A DNA stretch of 64,000 nt from Patescibacteria group bacterium (lineage in GTDB: Bacteria > Patescibacteriota > Patescibacteriia > GWA2-46-9), in assembly GCA_041660005.1 (NCBI GenBank), contig JBAZXG010000001.1, forward strand, positions 4,253-68,252. Reading direction: 5' to 3'. Every line of letters begins with the position of its first letter. Position 1 is the first letter of the stretch. This document shows, in pieces, positions 1 through 8,627 of the stretch. The notes under the pieces were generated by a model. The model did no database searches. It saw nothing but the letters and a program-made list of their open reading frames with translations, and was not told the DNA's origin. Position numbers and translations under genes: made by a program.

Positions 1-740
1 AGATCAGGTAAATATTCTTCCGTCCGTAATCTGCTGTCTGTTTCCGAAAAAAGAGGAAAAGAAGATATGGCCAACATCGGCTTTCTTGAACCAGCGCTGG
101 CACTAGCATATTTTTTTGGTATTAGTAAAACGGCTCCAATATCAACACCTTCAGAAAAGTCAGTGGGATACTCAAAGGTAAAGTTGTAGGGCGCAAAAGG
201 TCCACCCGCTTCATGCTGAAGCCAATTAGTTGTGTCAATCGCAACTAGACCAGTAGGGATAGCAAAAAGATTCTGATTAGTAACTCCAAGACTAAGTACC
301 CGCATGACTTGATAGGCCGTATTGCCGTCCTTCAGATAAATTCGGCGACATTTTTCTGGATGGATGTACCAAGCTTCGCCATGCTGCTGCACCCGTAAGA
401 GTATGCGCCCCTTGAGTCGGTTAGCGAGAACGTTTGCGCTACATGCACTTGCACTTTGCAGCATGGCTTGTTCGTTGGTAACGGACGGAATCTTTGTAAG
501 GTCAACGTCAGTTATCCCAAGACCGAACGAGCGCATCATCTGGTAGGCTGTGGCGCCATCACGCATATAGTACCGCTTATCATCGATTGGACTGACATAC
601 CACGCCTCACCTTTTGACTCGACTTGAAGGAGTATGCTGCCACGAACACGCTCAGTCATAGTAAGAGCCGAAGCGTCGTTTGCACCTATGACGCTGCTTA
701 CAATGGTTAACAGCAGAACCAAATACTTTGTATGTTTCAT
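1..740 (-). CDS. Partial (3'-truncated by window edge) secreted protein with N-terminal signal peptide and two tandem ~45-aa repeats (GEAWY...DG.TAYQ.MR..LG.T)
   Basis: Manual minus-strand translation from ATG at 738-740: MKHTKYLVLLLTIVSSV... with no stop before position 1. An internal duplicated motif is visible. It is missing from the ORF track because it runs off the window. Confidence 0.45.
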   Translation of the reverse strand, partial: MKHTKYLVLLLTIVSSVIGANDASALTMTERVRGSILLQVESKGEAWYVSPIDDKRYYMRDGATAYQMMRSFGLGITDVDLTKIPSVTNEQAMLQSASACSANVLANRLKGRILLRVQQHGEAWYIHPEKCRRIYLKDGNTAYQVMRVLSLGVTNQNLFAIPTGLVAIDTTNWLQHEAGGPFAPYNFTFEYPTDFSEGVDIGAVLLIPKKYASASAGSRKPMLAISSFPLFSETDSRLRTEEYLPD

Positions 741-952
741 ATATTTAGTATAGCACCGTTTCTTGCAATGCTTCTCGTGCTAGCTCAACTTGGCAGGGGC
801 TCTGAAGTGATGTTAGAGCCATTATTACCAATAACCTTGTGGAACACGTTTAAATTTAACTTATCTATTTCACCTACGCTGCTGGATTTTAAATAGCTCC
901 ATAGTTAGTTTCAAGATTTAAAAAACAAAAAAACTAGTAAGACGCTTGAATC

Positions 953-2494
953 TTATACTACAGGGCTACCCTTAATGTAGGCTGCTTTCCCCTGATCGGC
1001 GTCTTCGAGTCGATATTCAACGTCAAACTCCCACTTATCACGTCCCTGCTGGGTTGCACGATAATGTAAGACTACCGAGCGAACTTTTGGAGCGAGTACT
1101 TTCGCGCCGAGCATTTTTGATAGTTCCTGCCCAATACCTCCGTCAGCACCAGTTGAACATGATGCCAAAATGATAGTTGAATTTTCCTCAAGAAACGAAT
1201 CAACGCCTTTTGCATTTCTTTTCTTAAGGTCTTCACTGGTTAACAAGTGCCGCTTGTCTGTGCCACCAAATTGGATCGAATTTTCTGTGCCGTGCCCACC
1301 AATAATTGCGAGGGAAATTTTATGTCCTTTTTTATCTTTGGGATTATATTTTTTGTCGAGATCATAAAGTGCATGAGCAACATTGTACTTTGTTGCACAC
1401 TCCACTGCGCGTAAACTAAATGAACCGCGAGTTGCCTTATAGAATTCATCAAGTGCCATGCTATTGAGATAGTACGCACCATTGTAATCATTACGAGGAT
1501 AAACAATCACGCCGTACGGTTTCGTAGTATCATTACGTTCTTCATATTGTTTGCAAAGAAGGTCAGTAGGATAACGACCAAAATCAGCGATGCCAAATTC
1601 ATCGTAAAGTACCCTACAAGCACCCGGCTGCTGTTTTTCTACTTCACGAATTCTGTCGATGTTTTTTCGCATTGGATATTCGAGGTCGTCACCACTCTTC
1701 ATCCAGGCGCTAAAAAATATCTCCGGAGGTAAACCAAATTGTTCAAAAATAGGCTTCACTGCCGTCTTACCGTATGTGTCACGAAATTCTTCTGTTTTAT
1801 TCCCTTGGAAAAGAAAACCTACGAGTTTAGGCACCCACTTTCCGTCAGGGTCCTGTTGTATATGGCCAACAAGAATATCGGCAGCTTCTTTCACTTGTTC
1901 CGCATTACCGTATACCATCATTGTATTAAGACAAATAGCAGCTGTATAATATTTTTTTTCGTCTTCAAGTTCCTCTTTAAACAATGAAATATGCTTACTT
2001 AGTATACCAAGGCCGGCACCACGTTGACGTTTGCTGCCCTGTTTAACTAGATCGCATATTAAATCGATACCCCAACCTGCAACCTGTGAATGTTCGCTCT
2101 GTTCAATATCTTCTTCAATAGAATCCTTCAGATCATCTATAACGTCGATGGCAAAACGTGTCAGCGCGTCTCTTGCCATAGATTCTTCTTCAGAAAAGGG
2201 TATGCTCGTCAACTCCTCAAGGCCCCGTAGAACTTGTTCCTTTAGTGACGGTTGACGGTATGCTTGAATAATTACATTGTGGTGCTTTTGCAATACCGAA
2301 CAAAACTCAGTAAGTTCTTCCTCTGACCATGGCGTAAACATCAAGCTTGAATCTGTATAATCATGCCCATGGTTAATGTTGCTCATAATACCCATAATCT
2401 CTTGATAAGCAGCATCGTCAAATTCTCGCCCCGCCTCACCCTCCTGCTGCCTTTGAGAGAACTCCTGTTCTATTGTTGCTTTCGTTTCACTCAT
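953..2494 (-). CDS. Hypothetical 513-aa cytoplasmic protein. The C-terminal region has a caspase/CHAT-like His...Cys dyad pattern (IIGGHGTENS ... IILASCSTGADGG).
   Basis: Long ORF in the track. HG and ASCSTG motifs in beta-strand-like hydrophobic contexts resemble caspase-fold proteases. Confidence 0.55.
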   Translation of the reverse strand: MSETKATIEQEFSQRQQEGEAGREFDDAAYQEIMGIMSNINHGHDYTDSSLMFTPWSEEELTEFCSVLQKHHNVIIQAYRQPSLKEQVLRGLEELTSIPFSEEESMARDALTRFAIDVIDDLKDSIEEDIEQSEHSQVAGWGIDLICDLVKQGSKRQRGAGLGILSKHISLFKEELEDEKKYYTAAICLNTMMVYGNAEQVKEAADILVGHIQQDPDGKWVPKLVGFLFQGNKTEEFRDTYGKTAVKPIFEQFGLPPEIFFSAWMKSGDDLEYPMRKNIDRIREVEKQQPGACRVLYDEFGIADFGRYPTDLLCKQYEERNDTTKPYGVIVYPRNDYNGAYYLNSMALDEFYKATRGSFSLRAVECATKYNVAHALYDLDKKYNPKDKKGHKISLAIIGGHGTENSIQFGGTDKRHLLTSEDLKKRNAKGVDSFLEENSTIILASCSTGADGGIGQELSKMLGAKVLAPKVRSVVLHYRATQQGRDKWEFDVEYRLEDADQGKAAYIKGSPVV

Positions 2495-2641
2495 ATATGT
2501 AGCATATTACCACAATTTTACTGGCAACAGGCGGTCAATACTCCCCTGAAAAACAAAAAATCCCACCCTTATCGGGCGGAACTTCTTTAGTAGAAGGCTA
2601 TCTACTCACGTTAGAACTCTAGCGTCATCGCCGACTTGCTT

Positions 2642-3013
2642 TTAGACAAACTTTTTCGTTAATTCAAACGGCCCAACGGGAGTTACCCGCCAGTTACCAT
2701 TCACAAGCTTGGCAATCGACTCTCCGTACGCAGGCATTCCGTCTTTGTCGTAATACGTTGTGTAGATAGTTGCCGTGATCTCAATCCCTTGTTCTGTTCC
2801 CTGCTGCTTCTTCCGTTCATAGGTATATTCTCTTTGACCTTCGCCGTCTTCCACTTTAATCTCCCAAAAACACAACCCTTGTTCATCTTCCCGTTTTGGG
2901 ACCTCAGTAAACGGAACTTCGCCAGTTGATCCCCGAAAAAGCCAGCGCACTTCTTCTTCGCTCGGAATTCTTTCAGATCCTTGTTCATTGTGACTGGTGC
3001 GTAATTCGCTCAT
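2642..3013 (-). CDS. Hypothetical protein, 123 aa
   Basis: ORF track entry. It is co-oriented with its neighbours. No recognisable motifs. Confidence 0.45.
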   Translation of the reverse strand: MSELRTSHNEQGSERIPSEEEVRWLFRGSTGEVPFTEVPKREDEQGLCFWEIKVEDGEGQREYTYERKKQQGTEQGIEITATIYTTYYDKDGMPAYGESIAKLVNGNWRVTPVGPFELTKKFV

Positions 3014-3075
3014 ACTGGAAAGTATATCATGGTTCTACAGAAAAACCGGCTGACCAAAATGGCCACCGGTTCTTC

Positions 3076-3149
3076 TGGCAGGAGCGGTAGGAATCGAACC
3101 TACGACGACCGATTTGGAGTCGGTCATGATGCCACTTCACCACGCTCCC
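3076..3149 (-). tRNA. tRNA-Trp (anticodon CCA)
   Basis: The reverse complement folds as a cloverleaf: acceptor GGGAGCG/CGCUCCU, anticodon stem ACCGA/UCGGU, loop CUCCAAA, T-loop GGTTCGATTCC, encoded CCA. Confidence 0.85.
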
Positions 3150-3811
3150 ATAGTTTGCGCTACTGCATGATATATAGATGCTAAACTTCTAGCAATACTA
3201 GCATCATTGTACCGTACCGATAAACAACCTTGATACCCATCTCGAACTCGCACACCAGTATTCGGCTTTTGGTATGATCTCATGAACTGCGAAATGGGTA
3301 TACCTGTTACGCGCGACCAAAACTGCAACTGTTCCTTTTCGTTATGATATCCGTGTAAATGAATAAGCGCATGGAGCTTACCATTGTCAATATTGTAACC
3401 GCGTCTAAGTGCAGTTAAAAAGGCGGACACCAAATCAGGATCAGAATTTGTGAACTGCAATGTTGACAAGTACCTTTTGCTGCCCTCACACCAAAAAATA
3501 AGAGCAGCGAATAACCGCCAAAAATCTTTATTCCTGGTGCCAAGATGAGCAGCTACCAGTTTTTTTGCTTCTTGCGACCGCTTCGCTTCTGCTTCATCGC
3601 GATGAACAGCTTGTAGGTGTCGACCCCGGGCACGACCCAGTGCTGAATTATTCAACAATTTATTTTTTGCAGCAATTGATAAGTCAACATCACGCACCCA
3701 GATATAGGCTGTGCTCTTAGCGATACTTAAAAGTTTCGCAATATCGTCGATTGATTTCCCGGACGCTCTTAACAGTTGGGACTCCTTCTTTTTATTGGTT
3801 GGGTATAACAT
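3137..3811 (-). CDS. HTH plus LAGLIDADG-like homing-endonuclease-like protein. It is a paralog of the 59996-60685 gene.
   Basis: N-terminal HTH (SIDDIAKLLSIAKSTAYIWV). Single LAGLIDADG-like motif LIFWCEGSK, aligned with LAILYAGEGSK in the paralog. The 3' end abuts or overlaps tRNA-Trp. Confidence 0.55.
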   Translation of the reverse strand: MLYPTNKKKESQLLRASGKSIDDIAKLLSIAKSTAYIWVRDVDLSIAAKNKLLNNSALGRARGRHLQAVHRDEAEAKRSQEAKKLVAAHLGTRNKDFWRLFAALIFWCEGSKRYLSTLQFTNSDPDLVSAFLTALRRGYNIDNGKLHALIHLHGYHNEKEQLQFWSRVTGIPISQFMRSYQKPNTGVRVRDGYQGCLSVRYNDASIARSLASIYHAVAQTMGAW

Positions 3812-3836
3812 TAATGTACCTACAAGTGTAGTTACA

Positions 3837-3842
3837 TTATAA
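3837..3842 (-). promoter_or_regulatory. Putative extended -10 (TGtTATAAT) of a sigma70-like promoter for the HTH-LAGLIDADG-like gene. TAGGCA lies 17 nt upstream.
   Basis: Reverse complement of 3814-3860 reads ...TAGGCA-17nt-TATAAT...ATG. A similar TTGCTT-17-TATCAT sits upstream of the paralog at 60686-60730. Confidence 0.25.
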
Positions 3843-3867
3843 CATTACATATTTGTACTGCCTAGTA

Positions 3868-3890
3868 GCAGAAATCCCCTTGCGGGGATT
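3868..3890 (-). terminator. Hairpin AATCCCC-TTGC-GGGGATT immediately downstream of rpmG
   Basis: 7-bp GC-rich stem with a 4-nt loop. The U-tract is weak. Confidence 0.35.
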
Positions 3891-3893
3891 CGG

Positions 3894-4049
3894 CTACTTC
3901 GTTTCTTTATGAAGGGTGTGCTTGCCACACCAGGCACAGTGCTTCTTCAGCTCAAGACGGCCCTTGAGCTTCTTCTTGTTCTTGTAGGTGTGGTAATTAA
4001 TTTGGTTGCAGCTCGTACACTGCATCTTAATGAGATTGTCTTGGGACAT
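3894..4049 (-). CDS. rpmG: 50S ribosomal protein L33
   Basis: Manual translation gives [51 protein letters not shown], 51 aa with the CxxC...CxxC L33 zinc ribbon. It is below the ORF-track size cutoff. Confidence 0.85.
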   Translation of the reverse strand: MSQDNLIKMQCTSCNQINYHTYKNKKKLKGRLELKKHCAWCGKHTLHKETK

Positions 4050-4071
4050 AGGATAGAAAGTTAAAATCCTC

Positions 4072-4100
4072 CGCCAGAGGCGGATCCGCGGATTTGACTG
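4072..4100 (-). terminator. Double-hairpin element TCCGCC-AGAG-GCGGATCCGCGGA, a member of the GGCGGATCCGCC repeat family
   Basis: Lies downstream of the 4188-5078 gene. The same module recurs at about 10438-10468 and 46765-46797. Confidence 0.4.
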
Positions 4101-4187
4101 AATAATAGTAGCGGAAAAACTTAACCAGCTACTAATGTGGTGACAGCTTACTAGAAATGGCTACCACTGTCAATCGCGGCGTGAAAA

Positions 4188-5078
4188 CTATGGACACACG
4201 ACGTTTCTTTGTCTCAAATTGCTTTTTGCCTGTGAAACAACGGTTCGGTCAGCATCTTCTCGCAAAACGCACAGAATGTCTGTAGGAAGGTTTGGGTTAA
4301 ATGTACTGTTACTGCGCACGATTTCGTCTTCACTCTTACTTAATAAAATCAAAATATCTAAGGGGGTGCTCGGGTTTACAGCAAGATCATAGGCAACGTA
4401 CGCGTCGCTATTTCGATTCGTACTATTGTGCTCATACAAAAACCGTAATGACTCTATGGGCGTTTGAGGGTTGCGCGCAACATTATGAAGAACTCTCCCG
4501 CGGTTGTCCTTTGCAAGATCACCCAAGATGTCACTTGGAGTATTTTCATTGGCGGCAACTGCAGAAATGAGGACACTATCGTAAGCCGCTAACGGAGAAT
4601 GATAAAGTCTGACTATCTCGGCAGCACTCGTTGTGGCACGAACCTGTTCGATGTTCGTAAAACGGTAGCTCTCAACGACGGCGACCACAACAAACAAAAT
4701 CACAATAATAAGTGCAACCACTCTCAAGCGAGAAGAATGATCTTCGATGTTTCCACGCAAGATCGTTCTTGCAAACAACAGCGTGGCGATTGCCCATTCA
4801 ACTAGGTACGCAAGCAAAGCGAGTGGCAGACCAGACAAGGGAATGTTTACTATGCCAAGAATTCTTGTTGAGTTCGTTGAGACAAGTATTAAATAAACGG
4901 TATACAATACAAAGGCCAGAAAAACAAAGGCAGCAGAAATGAGGGCGGTGGCATGAACTTTCTTTCGCACTGCCACTTCTCGCTTGCGGTAGATGACAAC
5001 ACCGACCACAGAACCGAACACTAAGGCGGGTAGGATGAAACAACCGAGAACAAACGGATTAAAAAAAGATAAAAACAT
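4188..5078 (-). CDS. Membrane protein with C-terminal leucine-rich-repeat-variant (LRV)-like repeats (NPQTPIESLRFL / NPSTPLDILILL / NPNLPTDILCVL)
   Basis: Several N-terminal hydrophobic helices. Three NPxTPxxxL repeats typical of LRV. Confidence 0.55.
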   Translation of the reverse strand: MFLSFFNPFVLGCFILPALVFGSVVGVVIYRKREVAVRKKVHATALISAAFVFLAFVLYTVYLILVSTNSTRILGIVNIPLSGLPLALLAYLVEWAIATLLFARTILRGNIEDHSSRLRVVALIIVILFVVVAVVESYRFTNIEQVRATTSAAEIVRLYHSPLAAYDSVLISAVAANENTPSDILGDLAKDNRGRVLHNVARNPQTPIESLRFLYEHNSTNRNSDAYVAYDLAVNPSTPLDILILLSKSEDEIVRSNSTFNPNLPTDILCVLREDADRTVVSQAKSNLRQRNVVCP

Positions 5079-5098
5079 ATTCGTAAAAAGTTATTTTC

Positions 5099-5175
5099 TG
5101 GAGCCGCCTCCCGGACTCGAACCGGGGACCTTCGCTTTACAAAAGCGTTGCTCTACCAACTGAGCTAAGGCGGCG
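5099..5175 (-). tRNA. tRNA-Thr (anticodon UGU)
   Basis: Reverse complement GCCGCCUUAGCUCAGUUGGUAGAGC...UUUGUAA...GGUUCGAGUCC...AGGCGGCUCCA forms a cloverleaf. Confidence 0.85.
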
Positions 5176-5243
5176 TATTTGGCAAATGGCTAATCGCATA
5201 TAGCCAATAGCAGGCTGGACCTATGCGAAAAGAAAACAAAAAC

Positions 5244-5492
5244 TCATGAACTCAAAATTAACTCTAACTTCTTCCCTCTCTTCCAACGCTTTATTTGAGC
5301 TTCCCGCTTGGCAGCTGCTTTTCTCGTTTCGTGTTGTTCAGTATAAAGCACTTGCACTGGCTTTCTAGCTCTTGTATATTTTGCACCGCTACCGTTTTTA
5401 TGACGGCGTAAACGGTTTTCTATATTTACTGTTATACCAGTATATATAGAATTATCCTCACACAAAAGAAGATAAACAAAATACATAATCAA
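5244..5492 (-). CDS. GIY-YIG family nuclease (small stand-alone YhbQ/UPF0213-like)
   Basis: FVYLLLCEDNSIYTGITVNIENRLRRHKNG...KPVQVLYTE matches the GIY-YIG core. It lies between two tRNA genes. Confidence 0.8.
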   Translation of the reverse strand: MIMYFVYLLLCEDNSIYTGITVNIENRLRRHKNGSGAKYTRARKPVQVLYTEQHETRKAAAKREAQIKRWKRGKKLELILSS

Positions 5493-5583
5493 AGATTAAC
5501 TCGCCCTTCGACTCCTTGCAGTCGCTCAGGACATTCTCCTCGCTTATATATTCACTATGGCTGGCTTGCCATGAGCGAGCGTA

Positions 5584-5670
5584 GCGAGTCGAATGGTGGG
5601 TGGTGAAGGATTTGCACCTTCGAAGGCACATGGCCACCTGATTTACAGTCAGGCCCGTTTGACTACTTCG
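5584..5670 (-). tRNA. tRNA-Tyr (anticodon GUA), long variable arm
   Basis: Reverse complement has acceptor GGGUGGU/ACCACCC, anticodon stem CCUGA/UCAGG, loop CUGUAAA, a long variable arm, T-loop GGUGCAAAUCC and encoded CCA. Confidence 0.8.
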
Positions 5671-5844
5671 GTAACCACCCGCACATTGGCCTATGGCAAA
5701 TAGCCAATAGCAAATCGTGAAACAACTGCGAACTACGAAGAAAACTAAACTCCTGACTTGCAGACGAGACTTCGTGAACAATGGCTGGCTCGCGGCCGTC
5801 GTTAAAACTATGGCTGGCTTGCCGGCCGTAGCCTTGGCGAAGGC

Positions 5845-5920
5845 TGGAGCCCACGCGCAGATTCGAACTGCGGACCTTCTCCTTACCATGGAGATGCTCT
5901 ACCAACTGAGCTACGTGGGC
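5845..5920 (-). tRNA. tRNA-Thr (anticodon GGU)
   Basis: Reverse complement GCCCACGUAGCUCAGUUGGUAGAGC A UCUCC AUGGUAA GGAGA ... GGUUCGAAUCUGCG CGUGGGCUCCA. Confidence 0.85.
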
Positions 5921-5952
5921 ATTATTGGGACAAAAAAACTGCGCTTTGCAGC

Positions 5953-6927
5953 CTATTCGTCGGTTGGGGTGGTTTGTGCGACAGCACGGGAACGATTGCT
6001 CTTTTTTGCAGGCATAGCCGCAATACGCTCCTGAAATTCAGATAATTTGTTATTATCCGGGTTTACTGCTTTTAATTGACGTAAACTGCTGATAGCCAGC
6101 CGTTTATTGCCTCCAAGTATACAAACCTCGATGAGACGGTCAAGGCATCGAGGGTTACTTGACTCAATGGCCACCGCCTCTTCAAAGGCACCCGTGGCAC
6201 TGGGTAACTCTCCTAATTGCAAGAGAATATCACCCAGTCCAATGCGATAAGCAACTGATTCTGGGGCTAAGTTGGCTGCTTGTTCATAAGCAAGGCGTGC
6301 TTCTTCAAGTTTCCCCTCTTTAACTGCGAGTTCAGCGAGCTCGCTATAAATGGCATCATTATTTGCATCGAGGCCGCGAGCGAATTCTAATGACTGCCGT
6401 GCTTCGTTATAGTTTTCATCCTTAACATAGAGGCGCGCCAGCCCGCGATATGCTGCGACGTTATGGTGGTCAACCTGAATAACTCCAAGGTAATCACGCT
6501 CTGCGTCTACGGTCTTTCCTTCTTCTTCTGCTGCACGTGCAACTGCTAATAGCGCATCAACATCAGATACAGCAACAACGCCGCCTTCTTCTTGAGATTG
6601 CGGCAACGGGTTTCGATAACGCGCTTCCAATGTCATGAGTCGCCGATAGAGTGCAGACGTTCGCTCTGCTAATCGCTGTCGTAACGGAGCAATTTTTCCA
6701 GCGACTGGCGTCAACATTGCACGCAACTGATCCTCAAGACGACGCACGAGAAGCGCCCGCTTGCCTGCTGCAGAAACCGCTCGAGGTAGTTCGCTTAAAT
6801 CAAGAGCAACAATTTCAGGCAGCCGCCGCCCAACGACAATGACAATAACCGCAACTGAAAAAAATATGAGAAGAACAGGAAATATATTAAACAGCATAGA
6901 GTTTACGTACGTTAGCAAGAATGCCAA
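5953..6927 (-). CDS. Membrane-anchored tetratricopeptide (TPR) repeat protein
   Basis: N-terminal TM helix followed by TPR-like repeats (AYEQAANLAP..., ARQSLEFARGLD...). Confidence 0.65.
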   Translation of the reverse strand: MAFLLTYVNSMLFNIFPVLLIFFSVAVIVIVVGRRLPEIVALDLSELPRAVSAAGKRALLVRRLEDQLRAMLTPVAGKIAPLRQRLAERTSALYRRLMTLEARYRNPLPQSQEEGGVVAVSDVDALLAVARAAEEEGKTVDAERDYLGVIQVDHHNVAAYRGLARLYVKDENYNEARQSLEFARGLDANNDAIYSELAELAVKEGKLEEARLAYEQAANLAPESVAYRIGLGDILLQLGELPSATGAFEEAVAIESSNPRCLDRLIEVCILGGNKRLAISSLRQLKAVNPDNNKLSEFQERIAAMPAKKSNRSRAVAQTTPTDE

Positions 6928-7669
6928 GAAAATCCTTTGCGGTCAAACTTGCACCGCCAACGAGCGCACCAGCAAAAGCAGATGGCCCCACCAACGACTG
7001 CACATTGTCTACTACTACGCTACCACCGTAGATAACGGGAGCGACACGATTTGTTTCTCGAAGGTAGGCGGCAATAAGAACGCGCAGCGGCTCGACCTCT
7101 TCTTTGATGACAACATGCGGCGTGCCGTGACTAATAGCCCAAACGGGTTCGTAGGTAATAATGCAGGGCTGGTCAACCGGAAAATCAGCAAGCGCTGTTT
7201 TCAACTGCTCCATAACGACATCTTCGCTCTGACCTTGTTTCCGCTCCTCAGCTGTTTCTCCAACGCAAAGAACTGGCGTCATACCATTCAAAGCAACGGC
7301 ACGCATTTTTTTCTGAATAACATCGTTCGTATCCCCAAACAGATAGCGACGATCTGAGTGGCCGACAATAACATACTTGCAACCGAGTTCAGCAAGAACC
7401 GCCGGAGAAGTTGCACTGGTAAATGTCCCTTTCGTTTCAAAGTAACAGTCCTGAGCACCCAGCAGTATTTGACTGTTTATAGCTTCGACTTCAGCAACAA
7501 CGGATAATGCTGCAAAGGTTGGACAAAGAACAACCGTACCCACAACATCAGTTGCTTCACTAGCAATTTGTTTTGCCAGCTCTTGGCTTTCTGCTATGCC
7601 GAGCTGCATTTTCCAGTTGGCAATGATAATGGGTTCTTGCATAGCATTAGTATAGCAGACGATTCCCAT
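6887..7669 (-). CDS. tpiA: Triosephosphate isomerase
   Basis: IIANWKM..., GAQDCYFE, VIVGHSDRR, VLCVGET, YEPVWAIS, IYGGSV motifs. Confidence 0.9.
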   Translation of the reverse strand: MGIVCYTNAMQEPIIIANWKMQLGIAESQELAKQIASEATDVVGTVVLCPTFAALSVVAEVEAINSQILLGAQDCYFETKGTFTSATSPAVLAELGCKYVIVGHSDRRYLFGDTNDVIQKKMRAVALNGMTPVLCVGETAEERKQGQSEDVVMEQLKTALADFPVDQPCIITYEPVWAISHGTPHVVIKEEVEPLRVLIAAYLRETNRVAPVIYGGSVVVDNVQSLVGPSAFAGALVGGASLTAKDFLGILANVRKLYAV

Positions 7670-8627
7670 CTATTTCACCTGCGGGCATCTTTTGCGCTGT
7701 TTCAGTGGCCCATTCAAGCAATGCCGAGGCATCCTCGGCTCGATTCAAGACTGACGCACTTCCTAAAACAACCGTAAGCATTTGATTCCCCACCACGTCA
7801 CCCCCTAAAACCGCCACATTATAGCCCGATTCATCAATAAATCCCGTTTTGCCGGAAATAAATTGCCAAATATGTGGCATCGGTAACGCACCTTTCAACT
7901 CTTGGTCTGTATTGTAAACCTTGCGCTGTTTCCCGCTGACCAAAATGAACGCCTCTGCCTCAGCCAGCGGTTCCGCGATGCGCGACTCTGCAAAAGCACG
8001 CCTAGCCACAACGGCATACTCCCTGGCGGTGGATAGGTTACCCGAGGACAAACCCGTTGGTTCAACAAAAGTAGTTTTTGTAAGATTTAAAGACTTTGCT
8101 TCTGCGTTCATCTTCTCTACAAAAGATTGCTCCGATATACCAAGCCCTCGAATAAAAGCAACGACAGCGTCGTTATCAGAACCAACGAGCATGAGTGTCC
8201 ACAAATCTTGCATGCTGACAACTTCACCAGGATAGACGCGCTGCTGCGCACCCGACCGACGATCTGCATCTTCAATGGTGACCGTTTTGCTCCAGTCTGG
8301 GTGAAGCGACAAAGCGACAAGCGCTGACATAAGTTTTGTAAGACTGGCGAGCGGCGCAACATCATCGGCATGGTAGCGAACAAGAGGTAGCTGCACGGGT
8401 TTCTCTAAACTGACGTATGCACGACGCGCCGTTAAACGTGAAAGAAGAAGTGGCGGCAGTGGAGGGCGATAATAATCTCGCTGGCGCGGCAGCGTGCCCG
8501 CTTTGACACCGGATACCAAAGCGGAATCACTGACGCCAGGAAAAGCCGCCGCAAAAGTGGTTACATTGAACAAAGTTACAACTGCGCAGAGTGCAATTGC
8601 AAAAAAAATAATCCGCTTACGTAACAT
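7647..8627 (-). CDS. D-alanyl-D-alanine carboxypeptidase (peptidase S11, PBP5-like)
   Basis: SxxK (ASLTKLM), SDN (GSDNDA) and KTG (SGKTGF) motifs. The start is likely the internal Met MLRKRIIFFAIAL... (signal peptide). The longest ORF extends to 8756 and overlaps scpB. Confidence 0.75.
   Translation of the reverse strand: MLRKRIIFFAIALCAVVTLFNVTTFAAAFPGVSDSALVSGVKAGTLPRQRDYYRPPLPPLLLSRLTARRAYVSLEKPVQLPLVRYHADDVAPLASLTKLMSALVALSLHPDWSKTVTIEDADRRSGAQQRVYPGEVVSMQDLWTLMLVGSDNDAVVAFIRGLGISEQSFVEKMNAEAKSLNLTKTTFVEPTGLSSGNLSTAREYAVVARRAFAESRIAEPLAEAEAFILVSGKQRKVYNTDQELKGALPMPHIWQFISGKTGFIDESGYNVAVLGGDVVGNQMLTVVLGSASVLNRAEDASALLEWATETAQKMPAGEIDGNRLLY

Noticed and set aside
5458-6034. ORFs 5458-5889(-), 5663-5905(-) and 5717-6034(+), predicted across the tRNA cluster
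   Set aside because: They overlap three well-folded tRNA genes and their conserved spacers, so they are most likely non-coding.
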